From NCBI GenBank assembly GCA_934102255.1, contig CAKOSN010000002.1:14088-78087 (forward strand): a stretch of DNA of 64,000 nucleotides, given 5' to 3'. The position numbers and the translations under genes were made by a program. This stretch comes from an uncultured Bacilli bacterium (GTDB lineage: Bacteria; Bacillota_I; Bacilli_A; RF39; UBA660). Shown here in pieces: positions 26,950-36,231 of this stretch (the stretch's first letter is position 1; every line of letters begins with the position of its first letter). The notes beneath the pieces are model-generated. The model worked only from the letters and a program-made list of their open reading frames with translations. It was not told where the DNA came from and searched no databases.

Positions 26950-27324
26950 ATGGAAAAGATTTCTTTCTATTTTAAAAGTATATTAATATTTGTTCTTTAT
27001 TTGTTTTTATTAAGTTTTATTAGTTCCTTATTTTATTTATATACCAATATGTCTTATAATTTAAATTGCTTTTTCTTATTTATTTTTACTAGTATTGGGT
27101 TTGCCATTTTAAACTTTTTTAACGGTAAAAAGGTTCCAAATAAAGGCTATCTTGCTGGCCTTAAGTTAGGCGGAGCGATTATTCTAGTTTTTCTTCTTAT
27201 TAGTTTACTTGCTAAAAGTGGATTTTCTTTAAGTAAGTTAGTTTATTATGGCATTCTTTTACTAATTTCAGCTATTTCCTCTTCGATTGGTATTAATTAT
27301 AAGGATAAGTCTAGTTTAAAATAA
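26950..27324 (+). CDS. Small integral membrane protein (4 TM)
   Basis: 124-aa hydrophobic ORF. It is the only + strand gene in the right-hand 52 kb. No family assignment by eye. Confidence 0.5.
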   Translation: MEKISFYFKSILIFVLYLFLLSFISSLFYLYTNMSYNLNCFFLFIFTSIGFAILNFFNGKKVPNKGYLAGLKLGGAIILVFLLISLLAKSGFSLSKLVYYGILLLISAISSSIGINYKDKSSLK

Positions 27325-27619
27325 CGAATTCGTTAGTTTCTAAATTAACATAAGAGGAAGTATTAATGACTTCTTTAGTTACGGGATTAGTTACTGTATT
27401 TAAATAACCATTTTGAATTAAATAATCAAGAGTAGCCGTTTTATTAGTGCATTTCTTATCTAATACACAATCATGAGCTTTTTCAACAACTTTTTTATTT
27501 AAAACTAGCCATAATTTTGTTTCTCTATCGCTTTTTATAGCTTCATAACTTTTATAGCCAATAAGGCCAGCCATTACTAAGACTAAGATACAAGAGATTA
27601 TTTTACTGAAGTTTTCCAT
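27311..27619 (-). CDS. Hypothetical membrane-anchored protein (102 aa)
   Basis: An N-terminal TM helix followed by a small soluble domain. It overlaps the tgt stop by 17 nt. It is not YajC-like (no RPQxKR motif). Confidence 0.45.
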   Translation of the reverse strand: MENFSKIISCILVLVMAGLIGYKSYEAIKSDRETKLWLVLNKKVVEKAHDCVLDKKCTNKTATLDYLIQNGYLNTVTNPVTKEVINTSSYVNLETNEFVILN

Positions 27620-28721
27620 AATAATTTTTTATAAACTCCTCTCTGTACTCTAGAAGGCGGTCTTCTTTAATAGCAGCTCTTAGTTCTTCGGTTAAGTTAA
27701 TTAAATAATGAATATTATGGATTGAAAGTAAACGAGCTCCAAAAGTTTCTTCACAATTAATTAAGTGTTTAATGTAGGCTTTAGTATAATTTTGACAAGC
27801 ATAGCAAGTGCAGCCCTCTTCAACTGGAGTAAAATCTTCTTTATATTTAGCATTTTTAATATTAATTTTACCGTATCTAGTTAGGGCATGACCATGACGC
27901 GCTAATCTTGTTGGTGAAACGCAGTCAAAAATATCTACACCGTTACAAACGTTTTCTACAATGTCAATAGGATCGCCTACGCCCATTAAATATCTTACTT
28001 TATCTTTAGGAAGATAAGATGTTGCATAGCGAACCATTTTGTATTGGGTTGGTTTATCTTCGCCAACACTGGTACCACCGATTGAATAACCGTCAAAATC
28101 CATTTTAACTAGCTCTTCTACACAATGACGACGCAAATCTTCATATTCGCCACCTTGAACAATTCCAAATAAACTTTGGTTAGGATTATTAAAGACATCC
28201 TTACCTCTTTTTGCCCACCTTAGAGTTCTTTCAACGGAATTTTTACAATAATCATAAGTAGCAGGATAACCAATACATTCATCAAAACTCATAGCAATAT
28301 CGCTATCTAACTTATTTTGAATTTGAATAGACTTTTCTGGAGTTAAAAGTAGGGCATCACCATTATATTGGTTTTTAAATTTTACGCCTTCTTCAGTTAT
28401 ATCTTTTCTTTTAGCTAAAGAAAATACTTGAAAACCACCAGAATCAGTTAAAATTGGTCCATCCCAATTCATAAATTTATGAAGACCACCAGCATGATTT
28501 ACGATATCTTCACCCGGTCTTAACCATAAATGATAAGTATTTGCTAAAATAATACCAGCATGATTAGCTTTTAGTTCTTCTGGCGATAAAGTTTTTACTG
28601 TAGCTTGAGTTCCTACCGGCATAAACATAGGAGTTTCAAAAGTGCCATAATTAGTATGAATAAGTCCTAATCTTGCTCTTGTTGTCTTATCTTCTTTTAA
28701 TAATTCGTATTTTATTTTCAT
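27603..28721 (-). CDS. tgt: Queuine tRNA-ribosyltransferase
   Basis: 372 aa. [20 protein letters not shown], and zinc motif CTCYACxxY...H. Confidence 0.95.
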   Translation of the reverse strand: MKIKYELLKEDKTTRARLGLIHTNYGTFETPMFMPVGTQATVKTLSPEELKANHAGIILANTYHLWLRPGEDIVNHAGGLHKFMNWDGPILTDSGGFQVFSLAKRKDITEEGVKFKNQYNGDALLLTPEKSIQIQNKLDSDIAMSFDECIGYPATYDYCKNSVERTLRWAKRGKDVFNNPNQSLFGIVQGGEYEDLRRHCVEELVKMDFDGYSIGGTSVGEDKPTQYKMVRYATSYLPKDKVRYLMGVGDPIDIVENVCNGVDIFDCVSPTRLARHGHALTRYGKINIKNAKYKEDFTPVEEGCTCYACQNYTKAYIKHLINCEETFGARLLSIHNIHYLINLTEELRAAIKEDRLLEYREEFIKNYYGKLQ

Positions 28722-28759
28722 ATAAGTACCTCGCTTTCAAATTATATCAAAAAAACAGA

Positions 28760-30235
28760 CTATCGTCTAGCAAGAAATAGTCTATTATGCGCATATTCGC
28801 TAACGGCAACATTGAAGTTTTCAAATGTCATTGGCATTTTACGCTCTTTTAGTAAATAGTAAATGGCAATTTTTTCATCACTAGTTAATTTACGGTAAGT
28901 AGAACCAAATTGTTTAGTGATTTCTAAATCGTCTAAAATACTTTGTAAGCTTACATTTAAAACATAATTTCCTTTTTGAGAATTTTGAGTTACAAAAGTC
29001 ATAAATAACTTACGGTCGTTATTATTACTCAACAAATTTAGAGTAACTGCTCTTAATTTTAACTTTTCTAAAGGATAACTAGTTAAGCTATAATAATCAA
29101 TTATAGTAAAATTACGTTTAGTATTTTCATCACCAGGAACAGGTATACCATTTTGTAAGCAATAGCACATGATATCTAAAATTTCTTCTAAATACTCACG
29201 CTCATATTCCTCTACTTTATTAAGATGAATAATAAATTCGTCTTCTAAATTATTTTCTTTACTGGCTTGATGTAAAAGTTCCGTCATTGCTTTAGGACCT
29301 ATTTTTTCATTATATTTTGCAAAACGACTTTCAATTAAATCATCTATAGTCATATAATTTTGCATAAATTCTTGAAAAATTTCATTTTTTCTTTTCTGAG
29401 CAGGCGTATTTTTAGCGTCTTCTTTCTTTTTTATATTTAATTTGTTAATACAATCATCAATAATATTTAGAATCATTTGTTCTCTATTAAATAGAACATT
29501 TCTGGCTTCTTTATCATTTATAGTATCAAAATATTTAGTAAAGTGTTTAATAATAGCTGTTCTCGTACTTTTTAAAGTTTTTAAATCCTGATTTTCAAGA
29601 AGACTTCTTATTTTACTATCCTGATTAGCTAAGTCATTATTAATAATTTTATTTATTTCTAAGACATTTACTCTAGCTAAAAAATTGGCAGTTGGATTTT
29701 CGAGCATTTTCTTGTATCTTTCTAGCTTTTGACGATAAATATTTTTTTCATAAGCACTGGCATAATTAATTAGATAAATTTCACCATATCTTTTAATGTC
29801 AGTACTAGAAAGTCTTGTTTCTTCTTCAACCTCTTCTAAAGCTATATCAAGTGGTAACAGGCGATTATAAGCATTAACTAAGGCATTAAAATATTTAGAA
29901 TATATTTCCTTTAGACGGTTATTCCTTATAATTTCAGCTTTTTCTTCTTTAGATAATTCGTGACTTTCTAATTCTGACATATCTTTTTTAGCTTTATCTT
30001 GTTTAAGACTACTAAAAGCATTATGGACTTCTTCTAGCATGTCTGGCAAGTTTTTGATTTTAAGCCTGCCATAGTAAAAATTATCAACATACTTAGTTAA
30101 TTCTTCCGTTGTTAATCCATGACTTTTAGCAAAATCAGCTATAGCGGCATATACTTCTTTTTTTCTTTTTCCATCGGCTATAACGGTTCCAATTACAACA
30201 TAGCATTCTCTAGCAATTTCTCTTTTTTCGCGCAT
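28760..30235 (-). CDS. Hypothetical helical protein (491 aa)
   Basis: Long ORF that is Lys/Glu/Asn-rich and predicted all-alpha, with no TM or signal peptide. No recognisable motif. Confidence 0.5.
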   Translation of the reverse strand: MREKREIARECYVVIGTVIADGKRKKEVYAAIADFAKSHGLTTEELTKYVDNFYYGRLKIKNLPDMLEEVHNAFSSLKQDKAKKDMSELESHELSKEEKAEIIRNNRLKEIYSKYFNALVNAYNRLLPLDIALEEVEEETRLSSTDIKRYGEIYLINYASAYEKNIYRQKLERYKKMLENPTANFLARVNVLEINKIINNDLANQDSKIRSLLENQDLKTLKSTRTAIIKHFTKYFDTINDKEARNVLFNREQMILNIIDDCINKLNIKKKEDAKNTPAQKRKNEIFQEFMQNYMTIDDLIESRFAKYNEKIGPKAMTELLHQASKENNLEDEFIIHLNKVEEYEREYLEEILDIMCYCLQNGIPVPGDENTKRNFTIIDYYSLTSYPLEKLKLRAVTLNLLSNNNDRKLFMTFVTQNSQKGNYVLNVSLQSILDDLEITKQFGSTYRKLTSDEKIAIYYLLKERKMPMTFENFNVAVSEYAHNRLFLARR

Positions 30236-30336
30236 ATCAATTCCCCCATATGTGTATTTTATACTAACACATTATTTTATAAAAAGGCAATGCTTTTTAA
30301 TGTTTTTTTCTAAGAAATTTTAGAAAAGAAAAAAGG

Positions 30337-31719
30337 CTAATTAATTAAGCCCATTTTAATTTTCCATTCAATGATTTTGGTAGTTAAACTTTTGATATAA
30401 TCTTGACTTAGATTACCATTATTGATATTATCAATTATTTCTTTTATATCTCTAGCGTAATTTTTAGTTACTAAAATATTATTACCAGCTAAAATTGATT
30501 TTATACCCATTGATTCAACGTCAGCGGTTGCGCCCATATTAAGAGCATCGGTTATAATCATCCCTTTAAAATTTAGAGTGTTTCGTAAATAATTATGGTT
30601 ATTTATAGAAATAGAAGCAGGATTTTCATCATCGAAGGCAGTAACAGTATTATGACTTATCATTACAGCTTCGGCTCCATTATCAATAGCCATTTTAAAA
30701 GGTATTAAATCTTCTTCTACTTCTTCGATTGTTCTTGTATCTATAGAACTACTTTTATGAGTATCTTTATTTTTACCGTAACCAGGATAGTGTTTTAAAA
30801 CGTTAACAATTCCCGATTCTTTAGAAGACTCTAGGATATTTATGGCAAACTCGCCAGTAAGTTCAGGGCTAAGACCTAGGGAACGACTATAAATATAATC
30901 ATTTTTATCATTAGAAATATCTAGTACGGGTGCTAAATTAATATTTAAGCCTAGGGATTTTAGAAGCTCATTTTTTTCTTTATTATCACTTCTTATTAAA
31001 TCGAAGCCCCCTTCTTTATATAAAGTTCTAGGAGATAAAAAGGCACTACTTCTTAAGTTTTTATTGCTACTTATTCTAACTACAGTACCACCTTCTTCAT
31101 CGACAGCTAGAAGTAAAGGGATTTTAACGTTATTTTGTAAGGCGGTAACCATTTCGATTACTTCATCTTTAGTCTTATTTTTAAAAGCTTCCCCAAATAA
31201 AACTAATCCGCCTAAATGGTACTCTTCTACATCATTTAGACTTTTAGAAGTATGATGAACCATGTAAAGTCCCCCTACTATTTCTTCTAAGGACATGTTA
31301 TTTACTATTTCTTTAGCTTTATCGGTATTACTATTGTTTAGACTTTCTAAAGTAAACTCTTTATCTAATTTTTCTACGTTTGTAATTGTTATATCTTGTT
31401 TACTTTTATTTTTATCAAGGGTACCTTCATAACTTATTTTGACATAATCATTAACACTACTATTGATTTCTTGAGGCGAAAATTCATAAATTATTTGGTC
31501 TTTATCACAAAGGTAAGTTGTATTTTCATCTTGATAAATAATTAGACCTTCGATATTTAAGATTCTGGCATCATCATTGTTAACACTTTCTAATTTTTGA
31601 TTATCATTTTTATTTTTATTTTTTATATACCAAGTCATAGCAGCCCCAGCAATAATTATTATTAATAAACATAAAAGTATAAATTTATATTTTTTCTTTA
31701 ATCGCATATTATTTTCCAC
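30337..31719 (-). CDS. Membrane-anchored glycoside hydrolase family 3 beta-N-acetylhexosaminidase (NagZ-like)
   Basis: An N-terminal TM helix, then GH3 motifs (LLLAVDEEGGTVVR, NLAPVLD, KHYPGYG, MISH). Confidence 0.78.
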   Translation of the reverse strand: MENNMRLKKKYKFILLCLLIIIIAGAAMTWYIKNKNKNDNQKLESVNNDDARILNIEGLIIYQDENTTYLCDKDQIIYEFSPQEINSSVNDYVKISYEGTLDKNKSKQDITITNVEKLDKEFTLESLNNSNTDKAKEIVNNMSLEEIVGGLYMVHHTSKSLNDVEEYHLGGLVLFGEAFKNKTKDEVIEMVTALQNNVKIPLLLAVDEEGGTVVRISSNKNLRSSAFLSPRTLYKEGGFDLIRSDNKEKNELLKSLGLNINLAPVLDISNDKNDYIYSRSLGLSPELTGEFAINILESSKESGIVNVLKHYPGYGKNKDTHKSSSIDTRTIEEVEEDLIPFKMAIDNGAEAVMISHNTVTAFDDENPASISINNHNYLRNTLNFKGMIITDALNMGATADVESMGIKSILAGNNILVTKNYARDIKEIIDNINNGNLSQDYIKSLTTKIIEWKIKMGLIN

Positions 31720-32650
31720 CTAATTTTTTTAGAACTAATTTTTGCTTTTCAGTTAAAGAACTAGCAATTTCATTATAACTTTCAACATTATAAATAAATA
31801 CTGTGTCTAAAAGATTATCTAAGTAATAGTCTATCCCAATTTGTTTAATTAAATACTCCATATCTTTTGAGACATCAATAAAATCTAAAAGGTCTGTTGC
31901 ATCTAACTCATTTACGCAAGATGTTTTTAAATAATACTCTTTACGACTAGAAGAAAAATAGTAATAAAACGTTCTTATTAGAAAAGCCAGAATTTTTTTA
32001 TAAGCTTCTTCATTATCATTTTTTAATTTTCTTAGTTTTTCTTCGCCATATTCTCTTACAATATCTTTATCATGATATTTACTATACAAATATTTTAAAT
32101 AAGTAAAAAACTCGAAAGGGGTTGTATTTTTATTATTAAGAAATACGCTTGCATAAGCATTAATTTGTTTTTGAGAGGCTATTTCTTGTTCTTCACTTTT
32201 TATATTGGGATGCAATTCTTTAATTATACTAGATAATTTAGGGTCATTTAAGGCTGTTATTAGAGCAGTATAATCATAATATCTAGAGTATTTATAAGCA
32301 TTAATTATTTCATCTAAGAGTATTTTTAAATACCCCATATCAAAAAAGTATTCTAAAGTACCATTTATATCATTAGTAAAGTTATCAAAAGTATATAATA
32401 AAGCTTCAATATCAAATTCTTCGTTAGCTAAATCATTAAACTCAGTTAATAAAAAATATTCAATTTGCATTAATTCTAAGTAGGCTTTAGCGCTTTCTAT
32501 ATCTTGGCTTAGGTATTCTTTAAACTTTTTTACGATGATATTTAACTTTTTATTATGAATTTTTTTCTCACTAAGGTTTTTACCTTCAATAGAAATACTA
32601 TCATAAATAGCAAGTAAGTTTTTGATGATGTTTTTTAAATTAAATTGCAT
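31709..32650 (-). CDS. Hypothetical helical protein (313 aa)
   Basis: Long ORF overlapping the nagZ-like start by 11 nt. No recognisable motif. Confidence 0.5.
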   Translation of the reverse strand: MQFNLKNIIKNLLAIYDSISIEGKNLSEKKIHNKKLNIIVKKFKEYLSQDIESAKAYLELMQIEYFLLTEFNDLANEEFDIEALLYTFDNFTNDINGTLEYFFDMGYLKILLDEIINAYKYSRYYDYTALITALNDPKLSSIIKELHPNIKSEEQEIASQKQINAYASVFLNNKNTTPFEFFTYLKYLYSKYHDKDIVREYGEEKLRKLKNDNEEAYKKILAFLIRTFYYYFSSSRKEYYLKTSCVNELDATDLLDFIDVSKDMEYLIKQIGIDYYLDNLLDTVFIYNVESYNEIASSLTEKQKLVLKKLGGK

Positions 32651-32823
32651 GGAGACTCCTTAATACCACATTTAATCCTTTTTAGTTCTTGTTTAATTAT
32701 ACTAATAAATATGGCAAATTTAAAGGTGTTTTTGTTATTTTGAAAAATAAGTTAGTGGTTATAGAAAGAATTTTTATGCTTTTTGGATAATTAACAAACT
32801 TTTTTTATTTTTAAAAATATTAC

Positions 32824-33855
32824 TTATCTTTTTCTTTTTAATTCTAATCCATTGTTTTCTTGATAATCATCAGTATCATTAAATGGCATCACTGGCAAAC
32901 TAGTATTTTGTCTAAATAATCTACCGTATTTAAGATTATTTAATTCTTCGGCTGTTTGTCTTAATTTTTCTTGATAAAATCTTACCATTTCTTCTAGTTT
33001 TGCTTGCTCTTCTAATAATTTACTTGTTTCTAAATCTTTTTTTAGATTACTTGGCATTATATCTTTTATTAAATAAGTATTTAAATATTGGTAAGTCTCA
33101 GAATCAGAAAAGTTTTGTGTTTGATTAAAACCATTAAATCTTATACCTGATACTATCGATGTTTTGCTAATTAGAAGTTGAGATTTTGGGGATAGAAGCC
33201 ATTTTAATGGGGATACTTCTAACCAAACTAAGTCGCCTTCATGATAAATTTGACCGTTTGTAAGCTTATAAGAAGTAGGATTAGTATATTTAGTTCTTAT
33301 ATATTTTTTACCATTATAAGTATATTCTAGGTATATTTGGGGCGCAAAAGGTAGAGAAAATTCATTTATTTTTCTAGCATCAATAGTATAGGTTTTTCCA
33401 GTAGTTTGAAGATTACCTGCTAAAAAGCTAGCTTCAAGTTGCTGAGCTAAACAGGGACTTACTGCATACTGTGGATACTCGCCAAATTCGATTTCTAAAG
33501 GCATACTTATTTTTTTAGAATTTTTTACTAACTTATCTGAGAATGTTTGATATTCTAAAACCGGACGAATGGCAGGAAAACGATTAGTTGGACTTGTCCA
33601 CTTAACATGACCGTCAGTATTAATGGTAAAAGCAACGCCCATTTTCATTTGCGATGCCAAAAACCAGGTAGTAGTTCGAGACTTTAAAGAGGTATTATTT
33701 AAGGCAAATTCTTGGTCTGATACATTGGCTCCCAATAAAATAGCAAAGTCAGAAACAGCACACTTTGTTCCCATTTTATCAATAATATCAATTTTTTGAC
33801 TGCCAAATACTTCTTCTCTTGTAAGCATTCGCATTTCATTATTATTAAAGTTCAT
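32824..33855 (-). CDS. DUF6273-like protein with C-terminal coiled coil (cytoplasmic)
   Basis: It shares motifs with the N-terminal halves of the 60386 and 62447 proteins: GTKCAVSDFAILLGA, WFLAS, AIRPVL, EFGEYPQ, LVWLEVSPLKWLL, LLISKTSIVSGIRF. These resemble the FGxYPQ / W-x-V-L / RPAL pattern I associate with DUF6273. Confidence 0.55.
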   Translation of the reverse strand: MNFNNNEMRMLTREEVFGSQKIDIIDKMGTKCAVSDFAILLGANVSDQEFALNNTSLKSRTTTWFLASQMKMGVAFTINTDGHVKWTSPTNRFPAIRPVLEYQTFSDKLVKNSKKISMPLEIEFGEYPQYAVSPCLAQQLEASFLAGNLQTTGKTYTIDARKINEFSLPFAPQIYLEYTYNGKKYIRTKYTNPTSYKLTNGQIYHEGDLVWLEVSPLKWLLSPKSQLLISKTSIVSGIRFNGFNQTQNFSDSETYQYLNTYLIKDIMPSNLKKDLETSKLLEEQAKLEEMVRFYQEKLRQTAEELNNLKYGRLFRQNTSLPVMPFNDTDDYQENNGLELKRKR

Positions 33856-33881
33856 TTTTATCTCCTTTTTTATTCATTTAT

Positions 33882-36008
33882 TTAAGAATTTTTAGTTAAA
33901 TTTCTTTTTAATTTAGATTCTTGATAACAAGTAACAAAATCATTATTAAAAGTAGCGCCTGTTATATTAGTACCTGTAAAATCATAAGAAAGAAATGTTA
34001 CATCACTATAATTACCATTAGATAAATCCTTATTATAAATTGTTTGTGGATTTATACAGGCATTAGAGCCGGAAAAGTCAAGCCCACTAACATCGATGCC
34101 ACTAAAATCAAATAATAATAAATTAAAATGTTTTAAAAGTTTACGATAATCACTATTTATGGTTTTAATACCAGCAATATTAACGGTAAAGTCAACAGGT
34201 ACTTCTATTCTTGGACCTTTTGTTAATTTTCTTTTTTGCTTTAGAAAAACAATTTTTTCTCTTAACATTTTAATTTGATTAGTATACTTCGCTATTAAAT
34301 CTTCATCACTATAATAATCTGATATTTCCCGGTTAATTTCTTCATTAAAATCTGTTTGACTATTAGCTGTTTTGCCAAAATACTCATTTTCTGATAGTAA
34401 AGTAGAATTAGAATTTAAATGTTTATCATGAATATCAAATTTACCTAAATTAACTACTCTACTGCCGACATAATAGAAATTGCCATTAATAATAAAATAA
34501 TCATCATAATAGCTAATTGGTGTGTTTTTAGCAGCTAGCCATTCATATTTATCAGCCTTTTTATCATATAAATAATAGCCAGTACCATTAGAGCCTTTAT
34601 AAATATAAAATACCATGAAGTTTAGATATTGTCTTTGGGGAATATATTTAGTTTTTACTGGCTTTAGGGTTAAATAATCTACATAATAACTATAGTCATA
34701 GTACCATTTTGCACTAAAAGCATCACAATAGTCATCATCGTCGGGGTCAAGTTCTGTATGTTCTAGATAATTTAGGTAATCACCTTTACTAGCAATTTTT
34801 ATATTAACATTTTCTTTAAAATCACCCTGGTAATCTTTTTGAGACAAAATTCCATTATCAGTACTATTGGGGCCAAATTCTAGGTTCCATAAAACCCCTT
34901 TTCTATCGCATTTATTACCATTTATATCGATAGCAAATTTACGATTACCAGCAATACCATGTTTAAAGTCAAAATTAAAATCAGCATCCTTTTTCATATA
35001 TTCTTTAAAAATAGAATTAAAATCAAACTGTGGTTTTATAACCTCACTTGCATATTCATCTAAATAACCATATAAATTATTATCAACAAGAACGAGTAAG
35101 CGATTACAAGAGTAGCGACCGCAAACTTTATAAACTTTTTCACCAACAAAAGCATATAGTTGGCCGTCTTTATATCTTAGAATCATTCTTTTTTCTTGAA
35201 CTAATTTAGCCATTATTTTATCTATTTTGATATATTCTTCGGTATTTATATCTTTAAATTCACTTAATAAGTTGCCGTTTATATCAAAATATTGTAAATT
35301 TTGGTCTTTAACTAGATATCTATTACTGTCAAAATCAGCTATAAATCCCTTTGTATTCCAAATTAGCATCTTATTCTTACAAAAAATAGCAATAGTTTTT
35401 TCTAAGTTAAATTGTCCAATTAAGGCAGTAACCATTAAGAAGTTTTGATTATATTTAATATGATATAAGTTATTATTTTGCTTTAACTTTTCTTGTATAT
35501 CTTTAGATACATTAAATTCAGCATAAATACTTAGAGTTAAGGTATCATTACAAGACAGTTCTTCTTGTCTATCTTCTTCACTTAAATAAAATGTAAAAAG
35601 AATATTATCGTCATATCGGCTTTTTAATAATATTTTATTGCCTTCTAAAACTAAAATCGGATTTTCTTTTATATTTTCTTTTTCATTGTTGTAACTAAAT
35701 ATAAGTCTTCCTTCTGGGTTATACAGTTCATAAATATTAGGACTATATGTTCTTTGAACAAGGATGTAACCGTTTAAACCACAAATAAATTTACCATTAT
35801 ATAAAAATTCATTGGTATATAAACCATTGCTATCATAGATACCAAACTTACCTTTAACGGTGTAATATAAGTCATAATAATTTGTATCTTCTAAAGTTTT
35901 ATTATATGGTACTATTTCATTAGTTTTCTTATTAAAATAATAGGTTTCATCGTCATTTCTTTTAAAAACACTATATAAGTATTTTTGATATAATTCATTA
36001 TTTGTCAT
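33882..36008 (-). CDS. Paralog A (708 aa): WG-repeat-containing body, coiled coil and C-terminal pentapeptide-repeat region
   Basis: LYGYLDEYASEVIKPQF is a WG-type repeat. The C-terminus FDFSGIDVSGLDFSGSNACINPQTIYNKDLSNGNYSDVTFLSYDFTGTNITGATFNN is a set of A(D/N)LxG-type pentapeptide repeats. No signal peptide. Confidence 0.6.
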   Translation of the reverse strand: MTNNELYQKYLYSVFKRNDDETYYFNKKTNEIVPYNKTLEDTNYYDLYYTVKGKFGIYDSNGLYTNEFLYNGKFICGLNGYILVQRTYSPNIYELYNPEGRLIFSYNNEKENIKENPILVLEGNKILLKSRYDDNILFTFYLSEEDRQEELSCNDTLTLSIYAEFNVSKDIQEKLKQNNNLYHIKYNQNFLMVTALIGQFNLEKTIAIFCKNKMLIWNTKGFIADFDSNRYLVKDQNLQYFDINGNLLSEFKDINTEEYIKIDKIMAKLVQEKRMILRYKDGQLYAFVGEKVYKVCGRYSCNRLLVLVDNNLYGYLDEYASEVIKPQFDFNSIFKEYMKKDADFNFDFKHGIAGNRKFAIDINGNKCDRKGVLWNLEFGPNSTDNGILSQKDYQGDFKENVNIKIASKGDYLNYLEHTELDPDDDDYCDAFSAKWYYDYSYYVDYLTLKPVKTKYIPQRQYLNFMVFYIYKGSNGTGYYLYDKKADKYEWLAAKNTPISYYDDYFIINGNFYYVGSRVVNLGKFDIHDKHLNSNSTLLSENEYFGKTANSQTDFNEEINREISDYYSDEDLIAKYTNQIKMLREKIVFLKQKRKLTKGPRIEVPVDFTVNIAGIKTINSDYRKLLKHFNLLLFDFSGIDVSGLDFSGSNACINPQTIYNKDLSNGNYSDVTFLSYDFTGTNITGATFNNDFVTCYQESKLKRNLTKNS

Positions 36009-36184
36009 AATTATTTGCTTCCCTTAACCAATTTCTTTTTTGCGGTACTACCTTAACATGACCGATACTAAAAAGTAAAATAACAAATAATCATGATTAT
36101 AATAACTTTGGTTATGGAAAAAAGTAGAATGACTATTTCAATCATTGATAATCCAATTCATTATTTTAAATGACTTTTTTAACC

Positions 36185-36219
36185 AAAATAAAAGACGATT
36201 TTTTTGGTTTATCGTCTTT
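36185..36219 (-). terminator. Intrinsic terminator between paralog B and paralog A
   Basis: AAAGACGAT (36191-36199) pairs with ATCGTCTTT (36211-36219). On the minus strand the hairpin is followed by UAUUUUGG. Confidence 0.45.
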
Positions 36220-36231
36220 AAAAGTAAATAT

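Noticed and set aside
36042-36052. GGTAGTACCGC (minus strand) upstream of paralog A, resembling the T-box core GGTGGTACCGCG
   Set aside because: There is no specifier-loop architecture, no antiterminator/terminator pair and no downstream U-run. The downstream gene is not an aminoacyl-tRNA or amino-acid gene. It is most likely a chance match.
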